Shown: positions 29,004 through 38,780, numbered from the stretch's first letter. The stretch: 64,000 nt of DNA from an uncultured Clostridia bacterium (GCA_944387425.1 CALXEV010000003.1:662-64661); one strand, 5' to 3'. Program-made: numbers and translations. The notes: generated by a model not told the origin, from the letters alone.

Positions 29004-29015
29004 TGGAGGTAAAAC

Positions 29016-29750
29016 ATGAAACTAAAAATAAAAAAAGAAAAATTAGTAATGTCAATAACAATTGGAATTGCATGTTTTGCTTTAATGCTTGTAATGTTTA
29101 TGCAATTCAAAGTTGTAAAACAGACAGATTTGACGGAAATAGAAAACATGAGAGAAACAGAATTGAGAACAGAATTATCAACTTGGAGGGAACAATATAA
29201 TGCACTAGAAGAAAGATATCAAGAAGTTTCTTCTAAAATAGAAGAATACAAGACGCAAAGTGAATCAAATGAAGAAACAACGAAATTACTAGAAACTGAA
29301 TTAGCACAAATAAATGAAGCTTTGGGAAAAACAGATGTACAAGGCGAAGGTATCATAATAGTTATAACAGACAATGGAGGTACACAATTAGATGATGATA
29401 CTACTGTTCAAAAAATAACAGAACAAGATTTATTATTACTTGTTAATGAATTATTTGCAGCTGGTGCAGAGGCAATATCTATCAATGACAATAGAATTGT
29501 TTCAATGTCAGACATATTTACAATTGGAAGTGGAGAAAGTTCATTTTTACAAGTAAATAGTAAAAGAATAACGTCACCATTTGTTATAAAAGCAATTGGA
29601 AATCAAAGTTATCTAGAAAGTGCTGTTATGGGAAATGGCGGAAAAGCCTATGAATTACAAGAATTAGGCCATAAAGTTGATGTACAGAGAAGTAGAGAAG
29701 TAAAAATCAACAAATATGATGGTCAAATAAGTACAAAATATATGAAATAG
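29016..29750 (+). CDS. DUF881 (YlxW/YlxX-like) division-cluster protein, second paralogue
   Basis: VQGEGIIIVITDN..LVNELFAAGAEAISINDNRI is present. Confidence 0.8.
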   Translation: MKLKIKKEKLVMSITIGIACFALMLVMFMQFKVVKQTDLTEIENMRETELRTELSTWREQYNALEERYQEVSSKIEEYKTQSESNEETTKLLETELAQINEALGKTDVQGEGIIIVITDNGGTQLDDDTTVQKITEQDLLLLVNELFAAGAEAISINDNRIVSMSDIFTIGSGESSFLQVNSKRITSPFVIKAIGNQSYLESAVMGNGGKAYELQELGHKVDVQRSREVKINKYDGQISTKYMK

Positions 29751-29762
29751 GAGGAATAAACG

Positions 29763-30143
29763 ATGATAGTTATAGCAATTATAATTGGATGTATAATAGG
29801 AGCTTTAATAGGTCTAAATGCACCTATAATACCATATACATATTCAACATTTTTAGCAATAGCAGTCGTAGCTGCATTAGATTCTGTTTTTGGTGGAATT
29901 ACATCAGTATTAAAGAAAAATTTTGATTTAACAATATTTATTTCTGGATTTTTCTGTAATAGTATTTTATCAATAGCATTAACATATTTAGGACAAAAAT
30001 TAAACCTAGATATTTATCTAGCAGCATTAGTTGTTTTTGTTGGAAGAATGTTCACAAATTTAACAATTATAAGAAGATATTATATTGAAAAATGGACTGA
30101 ATCAAAGAAGAAAAAGGCCGAAAAAGCAGTCACTCAGGAATAA
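29763..30143 (+). CDS. sbp: Small basic membrane protein (Sbp, DUF1290)
   Basis: This 126-aa multi-TM protein with a basic tail sits between the DUF881 genes and ftsA. Confidence 0.7.
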   Translation: MIVIAIIIGCIIGALIGLNAPIIPYTYSTFLAIAVVAALDSVFGGITSVLKKNFDLTIFISGFFCNSILSIALTYLGQKLNLDIYLAALVVFVGRMFTNLTIIRRYYIEKWTESKKKKAEKAVTQE

Positions 30144-30275
30144 AAAAATAATATTACAAATATATTACACATGTTACAAAAATATTACAGAAATATTTCA
30201 AATTGTATTGACATTTAATTAAAAATGTAATATATATAACACTAGTAAAACATAAAAATAAATGGAGGAATTATT

Positions 30276-31505
30276 TTGGCAATAGGTGATATCATAGTTG
30301 GTATTGATATAGGTACATCTAAAGTATGCACAGTTGTTGGCGAAGTAAACAATTTTGGACAAATTGAAACCATTTGTAGTACATCTTGTAAATGTAGCGG
30401 ATTAAAAAAGGGCAAAATAATAAATGAAGAAGAGATAAGCTTAAGTATAGCAAAAACTATAAAAGATGCCGAGGAAGAAGCAAACTTTAAAATAAACTCA
30501 GCATATGTAACTATTCCGGGGAAATATGTTACAATAGTTCAAAATAGCATAATGAAAGAATTGAAAGATAAATTTGCCGGTATATCACTTAAAGATGTCC
30601 AAAATGCAATTATGCAGGCTAAAGACATAGAAATACCAGAAGGGAAAACAATAATAGACATTGTACCATCAGAAGTAGTACTTGACAATGGAAAAGTAGT
30701 AACTGATCCAGTAGGAAATCTAAGTTCAAGTTTTAATTTAAAAGCAGAAGTTATTTTAGCTAACAAAGACTATGTTAGACAATTGACATCAATATTTAAA
30801 AGAGTTGGTATAGAAATTGATGGAATTGTTCCAACAGCATTAGCTGAAAGAAATTTAATGCTAGATACTAATGAATTATATGACAATGTAATGTTGTTAG
30901 ATATAGGAGCAGGAAATACAGAGATTGGTGTATTTGAAGGAAATATGCTAGTTTATACAAATACTATTCCTCTAGGAGGAGATAACATTACACATGATAT
31001 TTCATTAGTATTAAACATTTCAGAGGAAGAAGCTGAAAAATTAAAAAAACAATATGGACTAGCACTAAAATCTTTTATAGATAATGATAATGAGATAATG
31101 TTAAACACATGCAAAGATGATAACAGAAATAAAGTTATAAAAAGTTCTGAACTAATAGAGATTATAGAAGCTAGAATAGAAGAGATATTTGCAATAATAA
31201 ATAAAGACATAACAAATCAAAATGTAAAATCAAATATAAATACAGTTGTACTTACAGGTAGAGGAATAACAAATATAAACAAGAGTGATGTAGCAGGAAA
31301 AATTAATTTAAACATACCTGTAAAAATGTCAACAGGAAGACTAATAAGTACTGTAAAACCAGAATTTAGAACCAGTTATGCACTTGTAAGATATATTGCA
31401 GCAAGACCTTTTGCTAAATCAGTATCAAGTAGTATTGATTCTCAATCAAATGAAAGTGTATTTAAGGTAATTTTAGAAAGAATAAAAGAGTTTTTTTATT
31501 CTTAA
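30276..31505 (+). CDS. ftsA: Cell division protein FtsA
   Basis: The actin-fold motifs VGIDIGTSKV and LLDIGAGNTEIGVF are present, with a TTG start. Confidence 0.93.
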   Translation: MAIGDIIVGIDIGTSKVCTVVGEVNNFGQIETICSTSCKCSGLKKGKIINEEEISLSIAKTIKDAEEEANFKINSAYVTIPGKYVTIVQNSIMKELKDKFAGISLKDVQNAIMQAKDIEIPEGKTIIDIVPSEVVLDNGKVVTDPVGNLSSSFNLKAEVILANKDYVRQLTSIFKRVGIEIDGIVPTALAERNLMLDTNELYDNVMLLDIGAGNTEIGVFEGNMLVYTNTIPLGGDNITHDISLVLNISEEEAEKLKKQYGLALKSFIDNDNEIMLNTCKDDNRNKVIKSSELIEIIEARIEEIFAIINKDITNQNVKSNINTVVLTGRGITNINKSDVAGKINLNIPVKMSTGRLISTVKPEFRTSYALVRYIAARPFAKSVSSSIDSQSNESVFKVILERIKEFFYS

Positions 31506-31559
31506 AATAAAAAATAAAAAATGTAATTAAAATATAGTTTTATGAGGAGGAAAATCTTT

Positions 31560-32675
31560 ATGATGGAATATGAAGATGTAACAATGATGGATGGTACAGC
31601 TACAATAAAAGTTATAGGTGTAGGTGGAGCCGGAAATAATGCTGTTAATAGGATGATAGAAGCGGGAATAAAAGGTGTTGATTTTATTGCTGTAAATACA
31701 GATAGACAAGCATTACAAAAGTCAAAAGCAGGAACAAAAATTCAAATAGGTGAAAAAATAACAAGAGGGCTAGGAGCAGGAGCAAACCCTGACATTGGAG
31801 CTCAATCAGCAGAAGATAATAAATCAGAAATAGCTGAAACATTAAGAGGAGCAGACATGGTATTTGTTACAGCCGGAATGGGTGGAGGAACAGGTACAGG
31901 AGCTGCACCAATAGTTGCTCAAGCAGCAAAAGAAATGGGAATATTAACAATAGGTGTTGTTACAAAACCATTTACATTTGAAGGAAAGAAAAGACTTTCA
32001 CAAGCCGAAAAAGGAATAGAGAGTTTAAAAGGAAAAGTAGATTCATTAGTTGTAATACCAAATGATAAGTTACTACAAATTATTGATAGAAAAACATCAA
32101 TAAATGATGCATTTAGAATGGCAGATGATGTATTAAGACAAGGTGTACAAGGTATATCAGACTTAATCGCTGTAACAGGAACAGTTAACTTAGACTTTGC
32201 AGATGTTAAAACAATAATGTTAAATACAGGAATGGCACATATGGGTATTGGTAGAGCATCTGGAGAAAACAGAGCAGAAGATGCTGCAAAACAAGCAGTA
32301 CAAAGTCCATTACTAGAAACATCAATCGAAGGAGCAAGAGGTGTTATAATAAATATAACAGGTGGAGAAGACTTAGGACTACATGAAGTAAATACAGCTG
32401 CAGAATTAGTTCAACGTAGTGTAGATCCAGAAGCAAATATCATATTTGGTACAGTAACTGATCCAGACATGAAAGATGAAATCCAAATAACAGTTATTGC
32501 TACAGGATTTGAAAAACCAGAGACAAGAAATGCAACAAGTGTAGATAACTTTGTTAACAAATCATGGGGAGAAAAGAAAGTAAGTTCAATTCCATCATCA
32601 ACAGATATGAATTCTAACTCAGGAGATTTAGACATTCCAGCATTCTTACGTAAAAACAAAAATAAAAATATGTAA
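31560..32675 (+). CDS. ftsZ: Cell division GTPase FtsZ
   Basis: [17 protein letters not shown] and the tubulin signature [12 protein letters not shown] are present. I prefer the ATG at 31560 because the gaggagg SD lies inside the longer track ORF. Confidence 0.97.
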   Translation: MMEYEDVTMMDGTATIKVIGVGGAGNNAVNRMIEAGIKGVDFIAVNTDRQALQKSKAGTKIQIGEKITRGLGAGANPDIGAQSAEDNKSEIAETLRGADMVFVTAGMGGGTGTGAAPIVAQAAKEMGILTIGVVTKPFTFEGKKRLSQAEKGIESLKGKVDSLVVIPNDKLLQIIDRKTSINDAFRMADDVLRQGVQGISDLIAVTGTVNLDFADVKTIMLNTGMAHMGIGRASGENRAEDAAKQAVQSPLLETSIEGARGVIINITGGEDLGLHEVNTAAELVQRSVDPEANIIFGTVTDPDMKDEIQITVIATGFEKPETRNATSVDNFVNKSWGEKKVSSIPSSTDMNSNSGDLDIPAFLRKNKNKNM

Positions 32676-32684
32676 TAAACAAAG

Positions 32685-32726
32685 ATATTGTCAAAGGGAC
32701 GGGACCTTTATGGCAATATTTTTTTG
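32685..32726 (+). repeat. Dispersed 28-nt hairpin element, copy A, acting as the ftsZ terminator
   Basis: ttgtcaaagggacgggacctttatggcaa is flanked by atattg/caatat pairing and followed by ttttttt. Confidence 0.75.
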
Positions 32727-32800
32727 GCAAAAAATGAGAATATGAATTCATGTCCTCATTATTATGATATAATTATAATATAAGAAAGGGGGATAGTTTA

Positions 32801-33166
32801 ATGAAAAAAATAATTGTTATAGTAATATTGATTTTTATTTTTGCTTTAATTGGCCTAAATTATATAAATGATAGATTTCAGGATTATGAATTTATAATTA
32901 CAAGCATTGATGAAAATACAATTACTACTGAAGCAAAATCAGGTGAAGATATATCAACAGGTGAGATATTTTATACAAGATACAAATTTTCTGTAAATGA
33001 TGTATTAGTTTTAAATGAGAGCAATAAAAAGATTAATGCTTCTGAATTGCAAGTAGGTGATAAAATATTTGTAATTAACAAGAGAGAAAAGGTAGAAAAT
33101 GATTTATATTCAGATCCTGAATATCTAAATAATGTTAAAATTATTAAGATTCTAAAAACAGATTAA
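32801..33166 (+). CDS. Hypothetical small membrane-anchored protein (121 aa)
   Basis: It has a gggggat SD and an N-terminal TM/signal segment. I recognise no family. Confidence 0.5.
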   Translation: MKKIIVIVILIFIFALIGLNYINDRFQDYEFIITSIDENTITTEAKSGEDISTGEIFYTRYKFSVNDVLVLNESNKKINASELQVGDKIFVINKREKVENDLYSDPEYLNNVKIIKILKTD

Positions 33167-33220
33167 ACTAATTTCAAAATAAGACAGTATTTTCATCAAA
33201 AATATTGTACAATATTTTCG

Positions 33221-34117
33221 GTGGTAAGTGTGACAATATATATAGATGTAATCTTTTTCGAAAATCTTATAATGAACTGCATAATATTATATGCCACATC
33301 AATTATATTAAAAATTAAGGTAAAAGTCATAAGATTACTCATTTCAAGTGCGATAGGAGCACTATATGCTATCATTTTATACATTTCAAAAATGAGTATA
33401 TACAATTCATTAATTTCAAAAACAATATTAGCAGTAATAATGTTATACATAGCATTTAAGCCTCAAAATATAAAAAAGCTATGCAAAGAAATTCTAATTT
33501 TTTACCTGACATCATTTGTATTTGGAGGAGTGGCACTATATTTAATTTATTTTATAAACCCAAAACAAATTTCGATTAAGAATGGAATGTTTGCAGGAGA
33601 AAACGTATTAAAAATAATTATACTTGGGGGAATTGTAGCCTTTATTGTGATAAAAATATCATTTAAAATTATAAAAACAAAAATGAATTCCAAAGATATG
33701 TCTTGTGATATACATATACAAATAGGTGATAAATATATTAGGACAAAAGCAATGCTTGATACAGGAAACCTTGTAAAAGAACCAATTACAAATACTCCAG
33801 TAATAATTGTAGAAAGTAGTTTGTTATATGACATATTACCTAAAGAAATTTTAAATAATTTAGATAATATTTTAAAAGGAGATTTGACCAATATCCCTGA
33901 AGAGATACAAGAACAATATTTACCCAAATTAAGATGTATACCTTTTTCATCTTTAGGAAAACAAAATGGAATGTTGCTAGGAATTAGAGCAGAAAAACTT
34001 GAAGTAAGTAAAGATGATGAAGTGAAAGTTACTAAAAATATTATTGTTGGAATATATGAGAAGTCTTTGACCAAAAGAGGGGAATATAGAGCACTTATAG
34101 GAATTGAACTTGTATAA
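33221..34117 (+). CDS. spoIIGA: Sigma-E processing aspartic peptidase SpoIIGA
   Basis: It has five N-terminal TM helices beginning IYIDVIFFENLIMN and the catalytic motif MLDTGNLVKEP. It sits after ftsZ. The start is a GTG at 33221 or 33230. Confidence 0.85.
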   Translation: MVSVTIYIDVIFFENLIMNCIILYATSIILKIKVKVIRLLISSAIGALYAIILYISKMSIYNSLISKTILAVIMLYIAFKPQNIKKLCKEILIFYLTSFVFGGVALYLIYFINPKQISIKNGMFAGENVLKIIILGGIVAFIVIKISFKIIKTKMNSKDMSCDIHIQIGDKYIRTKAMLDTGNLVKEPITNTPVIIVESSLLYDILPKEILNNLDNILKGDLTNIPEEIQEQYLPKLRCIPFSSLGKQNGMLLGIRAEKLEVSKDDEVKVTKNIIVGIYEKSLTKRGEYRALIGIELV

Positions 34118-34180
34118 AATTTTAAGTTCCATATTTTCAAAAAATTCATATAATATTTATATAGAAAGTAAGGTGGAAAT

Positions 34181-35311
34181 ATGGATACAATATATTTTGA
34201 TAATGCTGCTACAACACCAATAAAAACTGAAGTATTAAATGAAATGATACCATATCTAACAAAAGAATATGGTAATGCATCATCTTTGTACACAATAGGA
34301 AGAAATGCAAAAAGGGCAATCGAAAATGCAAGAAAACAAGTTGCTGAATTAATAAACTGTAAGCCAAATGAAATATTTTTTACAGGCAGTGGGTCAGAAA
34401 GTGATAATACAGCTATAAAAGGTTATGCATATGCAAATAAAGAAAAAGGAAATCATATAATAACATCAAAAATTGAACATCCTGCAGTAATAGAAACATG
34501 TAAAATCTTAGAAAAACATGGATATGAAGTTTCATATATTGATGTAGATGAAGAAGGTATATTAAAATTAGACGAACTAGAAAAAAATATAAAAAATACA
34601 ACTATATTAATAAGCATAATGTTTGCAAATAATGAAATTGGAACAATTCAACCAATAGAAGAAATATCCAAAATAGCACATAGTAGAAATATAACATTTC
34701 ATACAGATGCTGTTCAAGCCTTGGGAAATACACTAATTGATGTGGAAAGACAAAAAATTGACATGCTTTCTCTATCAGGTCATAAAATCAATGCACCAAA
34801 AGGTATTGGAGCATTGTATATTAAGGATGGAATAGAAGTAGAAAAATTTATTAATGGAGGACATCAAGAAAAAAATAAAAGAGCTGGAACAGAAAATGTT
34901 GCAGGAATAGTAGGACTTGGTAAAGCTTGCCAAATCGCAAATAGAAATATGGAAAAACATATAAAATATTTAAAGAAACTAAGAGATTATTATATTGATA
35001 GGCTAAAAAAAGAATTTTCAGAAAAAATAAGAATAAATGGTTCAATGGAAAAAAGATTACCTGGAAATGCAAATATTTCTTTTAAAAATGAAGATTCTTC
35101 TAAAATAATTTATAAATTAGACGAAAAAGGAATATGTGTTTCAAGTGGTTCTGCATGTTCATCTGGTAATACAGAACCATCTCATGTTTTAAAAGCTATA
35201 GCTGTTCCTGAGGAATATATAAATTGTGCAATAAGAACTACTTTTGGAGACAATAATACTTTTGAACAGATAGATTATCTAATAAGATGTCTAAAGAACA
35301 TCATTAAATAA
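34181..35311 (+). CDS. nifS: Cysteine desulfurase (class V aminotransferase, NifS/IscS type)
   Basis: IYFDNAATTP, the PLP-lysine context SLSGHKINAPKGIGALY and the catalytic Cys loop SSGSACSSG are present. Confidence 0.92.
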   Translation: MDTIYFDNAATTPIKTEVLNEMIPYLTKEYGNASSLYTIGRNAKRAIENARKQVAELINCKPNEIFFTGSGSESDNTAIKGYAYANKEKGNHIITSKIEHPAVIETCKILEKHGYEVSYIDVDEEGILKLDELEKNIKNTTILISIMFANNEIGTIQPIEEISKIAHSRNITFHTDAVQALGNTLIDVERQKIDMLSLSGHKINAPKGIGALYIKDGIEVEKFINGGHQEKNKRAGTENVAGIVGLGKACQIANRNMEKHIKYLKKLRDYYIDRLKKEFSEKIRINGSMEKRLPGNANISFKNEDSSKIIYKLDEKGICVSSGSACSSGNTEPSHVLKAIAVPEEYINCAIRTTFGDNNTFEQIDYLIRCLKNIIK

Positions 35312-35431
35312 AAACATAAGTTCGCAAAGCCGCCCAACTGTAAACGAACCTATGTTTTTATTTTTGAAAAAATTTGAAAAAAATTACAAAAAGTACTTGC
35401 AAAATATTAATAAATGTATTATTATTTATTC

Positions 35432-35469
35432 AAAGTGGAGAAAAGTGGTACAAAGTGGTGACAATGTGG
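35432..35469 (+). promoter_or_regulatory. MraZ operator: direct repeats of AAAGTGG
   Basis: AAAGTGG occurs at 35432-35438, 35442-35448 and 35452-35458 (10-bp period), with AATGTGG at 35463-35469. The repeats lie directly upstream of the mraZ SD. Confidence 0.7.
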
Positions 35470-35485
35470 AGAGGAGGAAATTTAA

Positions 35486-35911
35486 TTGTTAATAGGTGAA
35501 TATGAGCATTCTCTAGACGCTAAAGGAAGATTAATAATGCCTGCAAAACTAAGACAAGATGTAGGAGAAAAGTTTATTATTACAAAAGGACTAGACGGAT
35601 GTTTATTTGTATTTTCACAAAATGAATGGTTAAATTTCGAAACAAAATTAAAAGCACTACCACTTTCAGATAAAAATGCCAGAAACTTTGTAAGATTTTT
35701 CTTATCTGGTGCAACAGAGTGTGAAATAGATAAACAAGGAAGATTCTTAATTCCAAACAATTTAAGAGAAGCGGCTAAATTAGAGAAGGATGCAGTTATA
35801 GTTGGAGTTGGGACAAGATTAGAAATTTGGGATAAAGCAACATGGCAAAAATGTGATGAAAATATCTCTGCAGATGAAATTGCAGAAAATATGACAATGT
35901 TAGGTATATAA
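35486..35911 (+). CDS. mraZ: Transcriptional regulator MraZ
   Basis: [14 protein letters not shown] and [14 protein letters not shown] are the duplicated SpoVT/AbrB-type MraZ motifs. The start codon is TTG. Confidence 0.93.
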   Translation: MLIGEYEHSLDAKGRLIMPAKLRQDVGEKFIITKGLDGCLFVFSQNEWLNFETKLKALPLSDKNARNFVRFFLSGATECEIDKQGRFLIPNNLREAAKLEKDAVIVGVGTRLEIWDKATWQKCDENISADEIAENMTMLGI

Positions 35912-36095
35912 CTTGCAAAAGTTTATATAAAAATACTAAAGACAAAATTACGAAAGACATCAAACAAAAGAAAAAGTTTTAAAATACAAAAGATAAATAA
36001 ACAAAAGAAAAAATAACAAAAGACAAAAAAGAATATACAAAAGATAAAGTAACAAAGTTCAATTCCAAAGATAACAAAAAACAAAAAGATTGAGG
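35912..36095 (+). repeat. A-rich spacer with an iterated ACAAAAGA motif between mraZ and rsmH
   Basis: Perfect ACAAAAGA copies start at 35964, 35986, 36001, 36016 and 36037. The 14-mers atacaaaagataaa and aaacaaaagaaaaa each occur twice. The + strand has very few T residues. Confidence 0.7.
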
Positions 36096-36102
36096 TGGAA
36101 AT

Positions 36103-37032
36103 TTGGAATTTAGTCATAAACCAGTATTATTGGAAGAAACCATAAAAGGTCTTAATATAAAAAAAGATGGAATATATGTAGATGGAACTTTAGGAGGGGC
36201 AGGACATAGCAAGCAAATTTTGAAACAGCTTGATCCTAAAGGTTTACTTATTGGAATAGACAGAGATGAGGATGCACTTAAAGCAGCTAAGGAAAATTTA
36301 AAAGAATTCCAAAATGTAAAATACATACATGGAAATCATGATGAAATCAAAGAAATATTAGAAAATTTGGGAATAGATAAGGTTGATGGAATACTACTAG
36401 ATTTAGGAGTATCCTCTTATCAATTAGACGAAAAAGCAAGAGGTTTTAGCTACATTGGGGATAATGAGCTAGATATGAGGATGGACAAAACTCAAACATT
36501 AACCGCGAAAAATGTCATAAATACATATTCAGAAGAAAGATTAGCAAATATAATTTATGAATATGGAGAAGAAAGATTTTCAAGACAAATAGCAAGAGAA
36601 ATATGCAAAGAAAGAAAATCAAAAGAAATTAAAACTACAAAAGAACTTGTAGAAATAATAGACAAAGCAATTCCATCATTTGCCAAAAAAGATGGACATC
36701 CTGCAAAAAGAACATTTCAAGCAATAAGAATAGAAGTTAATAATGAAATAAAACCATTATATGATACAGTTAAAACATGTATCAGTTTGCTAAAAAGTGA
36801 AGGAAGGCTATGTATAATAACATTCCATTCATTAGAAGATAGAGCCGTAAAAAATGCATATATATCTGCAACAGGAAAATGCACATGTCCTAAAGATCTA
36901 CCATATTGTGTTTGTGGTGCAAAATCTGAAGGAAAGATTGTAAACAAAAAACCTATAATTGCAACAGACCAAGAACAACAAGAAAACTCAAGGTCTAAAA
37001 GTGCTAAACTAAGGATATTTGAAAAAATTTGA
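36103..37032 (+). CDS. rsmH: 16S rRNA (cytosine1402-N4)-methyltransferase
   Basis: HKPVLLEE, YVDGTLGGAGHS, DLGVSSYQLD and ITFHSLEDR are present. Confidence 0.95.
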   Translation: MEFSHKPVLLEETIKGLNIKKDGIYVDGTLGGAGHSKQILKQLDPKGLLIGIDRDEDALKAAKENLKEFQNVKYIHGNHDEIKEILENLGIDKVDGILLDLGVSSYQLDEKARGFSYIGDNELDMRMDKTQTLTAKNVINTYSEERLANIIYEYGEERFSRQIAREICKERKSKEIKTTKELVEIIDKAIPSFAKKDGHPAKRTFQAIRIEVNNEIKPLYDTVKTCISLLKSEGRLCIITFHSLEDRAVKNAYISATGKCTCPKDLPYCVCGAKSEGKIVNKKPIIATDQEQQENSRSKSAKLRIFEKI

Positions 37033-37055
37033 AATATACTAAGGAGGTGAGAGTA

Positions 37056-37577
37056 ATGCCAAGAACTCCATACCAATATGGAACAAGTCCAAGAAAATAT
37101 GAGCCAGAATATACAACAAAAAGAACTACTAAAAGAAAAACAGAAACAAAAAGCAAGCCAAAAAAAGTAATTACTAAAAAGAAAAGTATAAAAACACAAA
37201 ATCAAACTGCTCAAAAAAATAATAGTAGAGTAAAACAAGTAATTGTTGTTATGGCTGTATTCGGCATGCTACTCACAATAAGCTATAGAGAAATAGCAAT
37301 TATGGAAATGTTTAATCAGAAAAAAGACATGGAAACTCAATTAGCAGAAATTGAAAAAGAAAATGGACAAGTAGAAAAAAGTATAAAAGAAGTAGAAAGT
37401 ACATTAGATTGGAATAAAATAAAACAAATAGCTACAGAACAATTAGGAATGCAACAAAAAACAACTACACCTGTTGATTTGGAAAAGACAGATAGTGTTG
37501 AAACTGAAACAAAACTAATTCAAGAAGAAAAAACAAGCTTATTAGAGAAAATTGTTGGTTTTTTTGTAAATAAATAA
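37056..37577 (+). CDS. FtsL-like septum protein (basic N-terminus, one TM helix, coiled coil)
   Basis: The ATG at 37056 follows an aaggaggtg SD. The gene sits after rsmH. It has one TM helix (VIVVMAVFGMLLTISY) and then a heptad-like region. Confidence 0.55.
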   Translation: MPRTPYQYGTSPRKYEPEYTTKRTTKRKTETKSKPKKVITKKKSIKTQNQTAQKNNSRVKQVIVVMAVFGMLLTISYREIAIMEMFNQKKDMETQLAEIEKENGQVEKSIKEVESTLDWNKIKQIATEQLGMQQKTTTPVDLEKTDSVETETKLIQEEKTSLLEKIVGFFVNK

Positions 37578-37610
37578 GATGTTGAAAATATTTACTCAAC
37601 ATCTTTATTT

Positions 37611-38543
37611 TTATACTCTTAATCTTTTTACAATTTTAATTTCTTCATATAATTGCTTTAAAGTTTCTTTTTTGGCTGTATAAGCAGTTAAAACTTCTTG
37701 ATGTAATTCTTCAAAATTGTTAATTGATTCATTTTGTTTTAATAACATTTTGATATATTCATAATTATAATGTTTATCAGCTTCTTTTGTAGCACTATTC
37801 ATTTTTTCAATATAATATTTTATTTTATTATATCTATGTAATTCATTTTTTAAATATTTTACATAATCAGAAGTAAGAACTATTTCATATTCAACATCAT
37901 TAATAACAACTTTAATTAATTTTTTTACAATTAATTTATTTACTTTTCCAGCCTTTGTAAAACCAGTATTTGGTGGGGCATCTGGAGAAGGCTTAGTATT
38001 TTCTATAATTATTTCTAAAGCTTTTGAAATACCAATATGTGTTTTATATTGTCTTTTATGTACTAAAGCATCATACTCATCTGCAACTCTTATAATTTGA
38101 GATTCAAAAGGAATTTTCTTTTTCGTTAATCCTTGTGGATAACCAGTACCATCTAGAGCCTCATGATGATAATAAGGACCAGCATAATATGGCCTCAATT
38201 TTCTATCTTTTAAACACAATCTATAACCTAAAGTAGTATGAGTTTTCATAATTTCATATTCTTCAGGGGTTAATTTTGTTGGCTTTTGAAGAATTTGTGC
38301 AGGAATAAACATTTTCCCTATATCATGTAAATATGCACAAGTAACACAATATTCAGTAAAGTTTTTTGATAAATGTAATTTTTTACATAAGTTACAAGTA
38401 ATTGTTGCAACATTTTCTGAATGCTCTCTTGTATATAAATCAAGAGAATCTAATAAATTCAATTGATATTGAATTGCTTTATCTAAGTTATATGATTTTA
38501 AATATGTTTGGTCATAAAAATTAAAACTCTCTTTAAATTCCAT
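37611..38543 (-). CDS. HD-GYP domain protein (putative cyclic-di-GMP phosphodiesterase)
   Basis: HSENVA, AYLHDIGK and HHEALDGTGYPQGL are present. I prefer the ATG at 38543 (MEFKE) after an aaggag SD. It has a ~120-aa helical C-terminal extension and no receiver domain. Confidence 0.8.
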   Translation of the reverse strand: MEFKESFNFYDQTYLKSYNLDKAIQYQLNLLDSLDLYTREHSENVATITCNLCKKLHLSKNFTEYCVTCAYLHDIGKMFIPAQILQKPTKLTPEEYEIMKTHTTLGYRLCLKDRKLRPYYAGPYYHHEALDGTGYPQGLTKKKIPFESQIIRVADEYDALVHKRQYKTHIGISKALEIIIENTKPSPDAPPNTGFTKAGKVNKLIVKKLIKVVINDVEYEIVLTSDYVKYLKNELHRYNKIKYYIEKMNSATKEADKHYNYEYIKMLLKQNESINNFEELHQEVLTAYTAKKETLKQLYEEIKIVKRLRV

Positions 38544-38660
38544 CTTTTGCTCCTTAAAATAATCTAATAAAATGATAACATAAACAAAGTTAAAGTGCAA
38601 TACTTTTAAATTTAAAAATTTTTCCATATTCTATTGTCGCTTTTTGTCGATGAAAAGTTC

Positions 38661-38689
38661 TTGACAAACATGAAATATGATGTTAACAT
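38661..38689 (+). promoter_or_regulatory. Promoter of the sortase / TasA-like locus
   Basis: TTGACA lies at 38661-38666, then a 17-nt spacer, then TGtTAACAT at 38681-38689. Confidence 0.5.
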
Positions 38690-38780
38690 AGTTATAGATT
38701 TTAATCAAAAAATTAATTCAAATAATTTTTTCTAAAAATTATCAAATTAACAATTAAATAAAAGAGGTGATAGTAAATCT

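Noticed and set aside
29003-29200. A 65-aa ORF in an alternative frame at the start of the second DUF881 gene.
   Set aside because: It overlaps the DUF881 gene, which has clear family motifs and its own SD. The alternative frame has no support.
33547-34293. A 248-aa minus-strand ORF overlapping spoIIGA and the nifS start.
   Set aside because: It is antisense to two genes with clear family motifs (DTGN, and IYFDNAATTP). It has no SD and is a hydrophobic low-complexity artefact of AT-rich antisense sequence.
35923-36117. A 64-aa minus-strand ORF in the mraZ-rsmH spacer.
   Set aside because: Its translation is Phe/Ile/Lys low complexity produced by the complement of the A-rich repeat tract. 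It has no SD.
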